Assembly: GCA_025558095.1 (NCBI GenBank)
Contig: JAIVFI010000021.1
Location: forward strand, 642,499-706,498
DNA length: 64,000 nucleotides
From: Hyaloraphidium curvatum SAG 235-1
Lineage: Eukaryota; Fungi; Monoblepharomycota
Direction of reading: 5' to 3'
The position numbers were made by a program, and so were the translations under genes. Each line of letters begins with the position of its first letter. Within the stretch, counting starts at the first letter, position 1. Below are positions 62,601 to 64,000 of this stretch, piece after piece. Under the pieces are notes generated by a model. That model searched no databases. It was not told the origin of the DNA and worked only from the letters and a program-made list of their open reading frames with translations.

Positions 62601-64000
62601 GACGGGCGCCCGGATTCCTCTCCGGGAGTGATCTCGGTCAGACTTCCCGTTCTTCGTCAACCCCAGTCACCGAGTCAGACTCGGGACGAGCTACTGCGGG
62701 TTCCTCAGTCAATTGTGAATCAATGGAGCGAGTGCTGTCTGGCACGGAGTTCCCGGCCACGGTTGCCGCAGTGGAGGGAACCCTGTGGAGCGATCCGGGG
62801 ACCCTGCCCGAGGCTGCGGCACCGGAGACGCAGATCCTCCTGCCGATCCCAACGACGAACGCACAGGTCGACCCGGCAGACGTGCCTGAGCGAGACCTGG
62901 CGTTCCTTCATCCGGCACTGCTTGAGGTGCTACCCGATGTCGGGGGCATCAGTGCTATTGACCTTGCCGACGTCAGATCCCGGGATGCCTTGCGCAAAGT
63001 GCAAGAAGCCGACGTCGAGACCAGCGCGCTGATCCGCTTCGTGCGAGACGGGGAGCTCCCTCCCAACGTGAATCTGGCCAAATTCTGCAAGAAGTACGGC
63101 GAGCAGTACTTCCTCGCTACGGACGGCGTGCTCTGCCGGCGCGATGTACTCGCGACTGGTACCCGTCGTATCCCGGTCACCCAGCTCGTGATACCGCACG
63201 AGCTGAGGGAGGCCTACCTGCAACGTGCGCACGACGATCCCCTGAGCGGGCACGTCGGGCGACACCGGGCGTACAGCAATCTGCGGCGCCGCGTATATTG
63301 GGTCGGCATGGCGCACGACGTTCGCCGCTGGACGCGAGCCTGCCTTACATGCATGACCCGGAAGATGCCTTCGGTATCGAACCAGGGCTTACTGAAATCG
63401 GTTCCTCTCACAGGTCCCAACGAGGACATCTACATCGACTACATCGGCGAGATCAATCCGGCCACGCCCCGCGGCAACAAGTACCTTCTCGTCGTCTACG
63501 ATCCGTTCACTAAATGGGTCGCGGCGTATCCGACTCCGGACCTCTCTGGGCCGACGACGGCGAAGCTGCTCTATACGCGATGGATTCTCGAGCACGGTCT
63601 TCCGAAGCGGATTCACCACGACAACGCCTCGAACCTGGACAACCATTACATGGAGTACCTGCTCAAGCTACTCGGCATCAACCGGGGCCTGGTCACGGTT
63701 GGGCATCCCAGGGCTTCCCTCGCGGAGCGCCCGAACCGGTGGATCATCGACGCCCTGAGCGCAGCGGTCTCCAAGAACTACCAGACATGGGACGAGGACA
63801 TCGTGGGGGTCATCTTTGCCTTCCGGACCTCCATCCACGCGACGACCGGCGAAACTCCGTTCTTTCTGATGCATGGTCGGGATGCTCGTATTCCGCTCGA
63901 CCTACTTTACGACGAGACCGAGATTCGCGAGCCAGTGCACCTGCGGGCCAGCGACGAGGAGGACAAGAAGACAGAGGATGAGCGCCGGCGGACCTCTCGT
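59610..64000 (+). CDS. Gypsy Pol (PR, RT, RNase H, integrase) with a frameshift near 61635; 3'-partial
   Basis: ALVDSGAS, WRLVIDYRKLN, KTAFTTHRGLYQW, FIDD, FTDASDIGLGAVL, ADFLSR, HDDPLSGH...CLTC, IHHDN. Confidence 0.9.

Larger units (their letters stand above)
57310..64000 (+). mobile_element. Ty3/Gypsy LTR retrotransposon (5' LTR ~57310-57885, gag, pol) running off the window
   Basis: TGCGAAG...CTTCGCC terminal inverted ends followed by a TGG-starting PBS-like sequence at 57886; TATATAAA near 57508; order gag-PR-RT-RH-IN. Confidence 0.9.

Overview
Eukaryotic genomic DNA, GC-rich, with short (mostly 49-66 nt) spliceosomal introns. The gene set and intron style suggest a fungus, probably early-diverging (inference). 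The window has four zones. (1) 1-21.5 kb is a very gene-dense block: myosin II heavy chain (5'-partial), a TBL/PC-esterase-type O-acetyltransferase, a GT90/CAP10-like glycosyltransferase, SURF4/ERV29, LSM2, a TBC Rab-GAP, ATP10, an intronless divergent CK2-beta, a degenerate sulfotransferase-like gene, p23/SBA1, RPL6 and eIF3e. (2) 22.7-27.9 kb is a ~5 kb segment bracketed by a tRNA-Leu 5' half and an intact intron-containing tRNA-Leu(AAG). It holds an orphan 9-exon gene whose motif order resembles the uracil-DNA glycosylase superfamily, plus an NLS and an AT-hook. (3) 27.9-43.5 kb is a ~15.5 kb tandem satellite that starts at the 3' end of that tRNA gene and is built from tRNA-Leu 3' halves (260/235/233/395-bp monomers, with higher-order patterning). 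(4) 43.5-64 kb is a nested retroelement pile: a Copia element, a LINE whose ORF1 and ORF2 are in frame and separated by a single TAG, two chromovirus-like Gypsy fragments, and a Gypsy with a -1 frameshift signal that runs off the window. The layout resembles a euchromatin to pericentromere transition with a tRNA gene at the border. All calls come from reading motifs by eye; no database searches were run.
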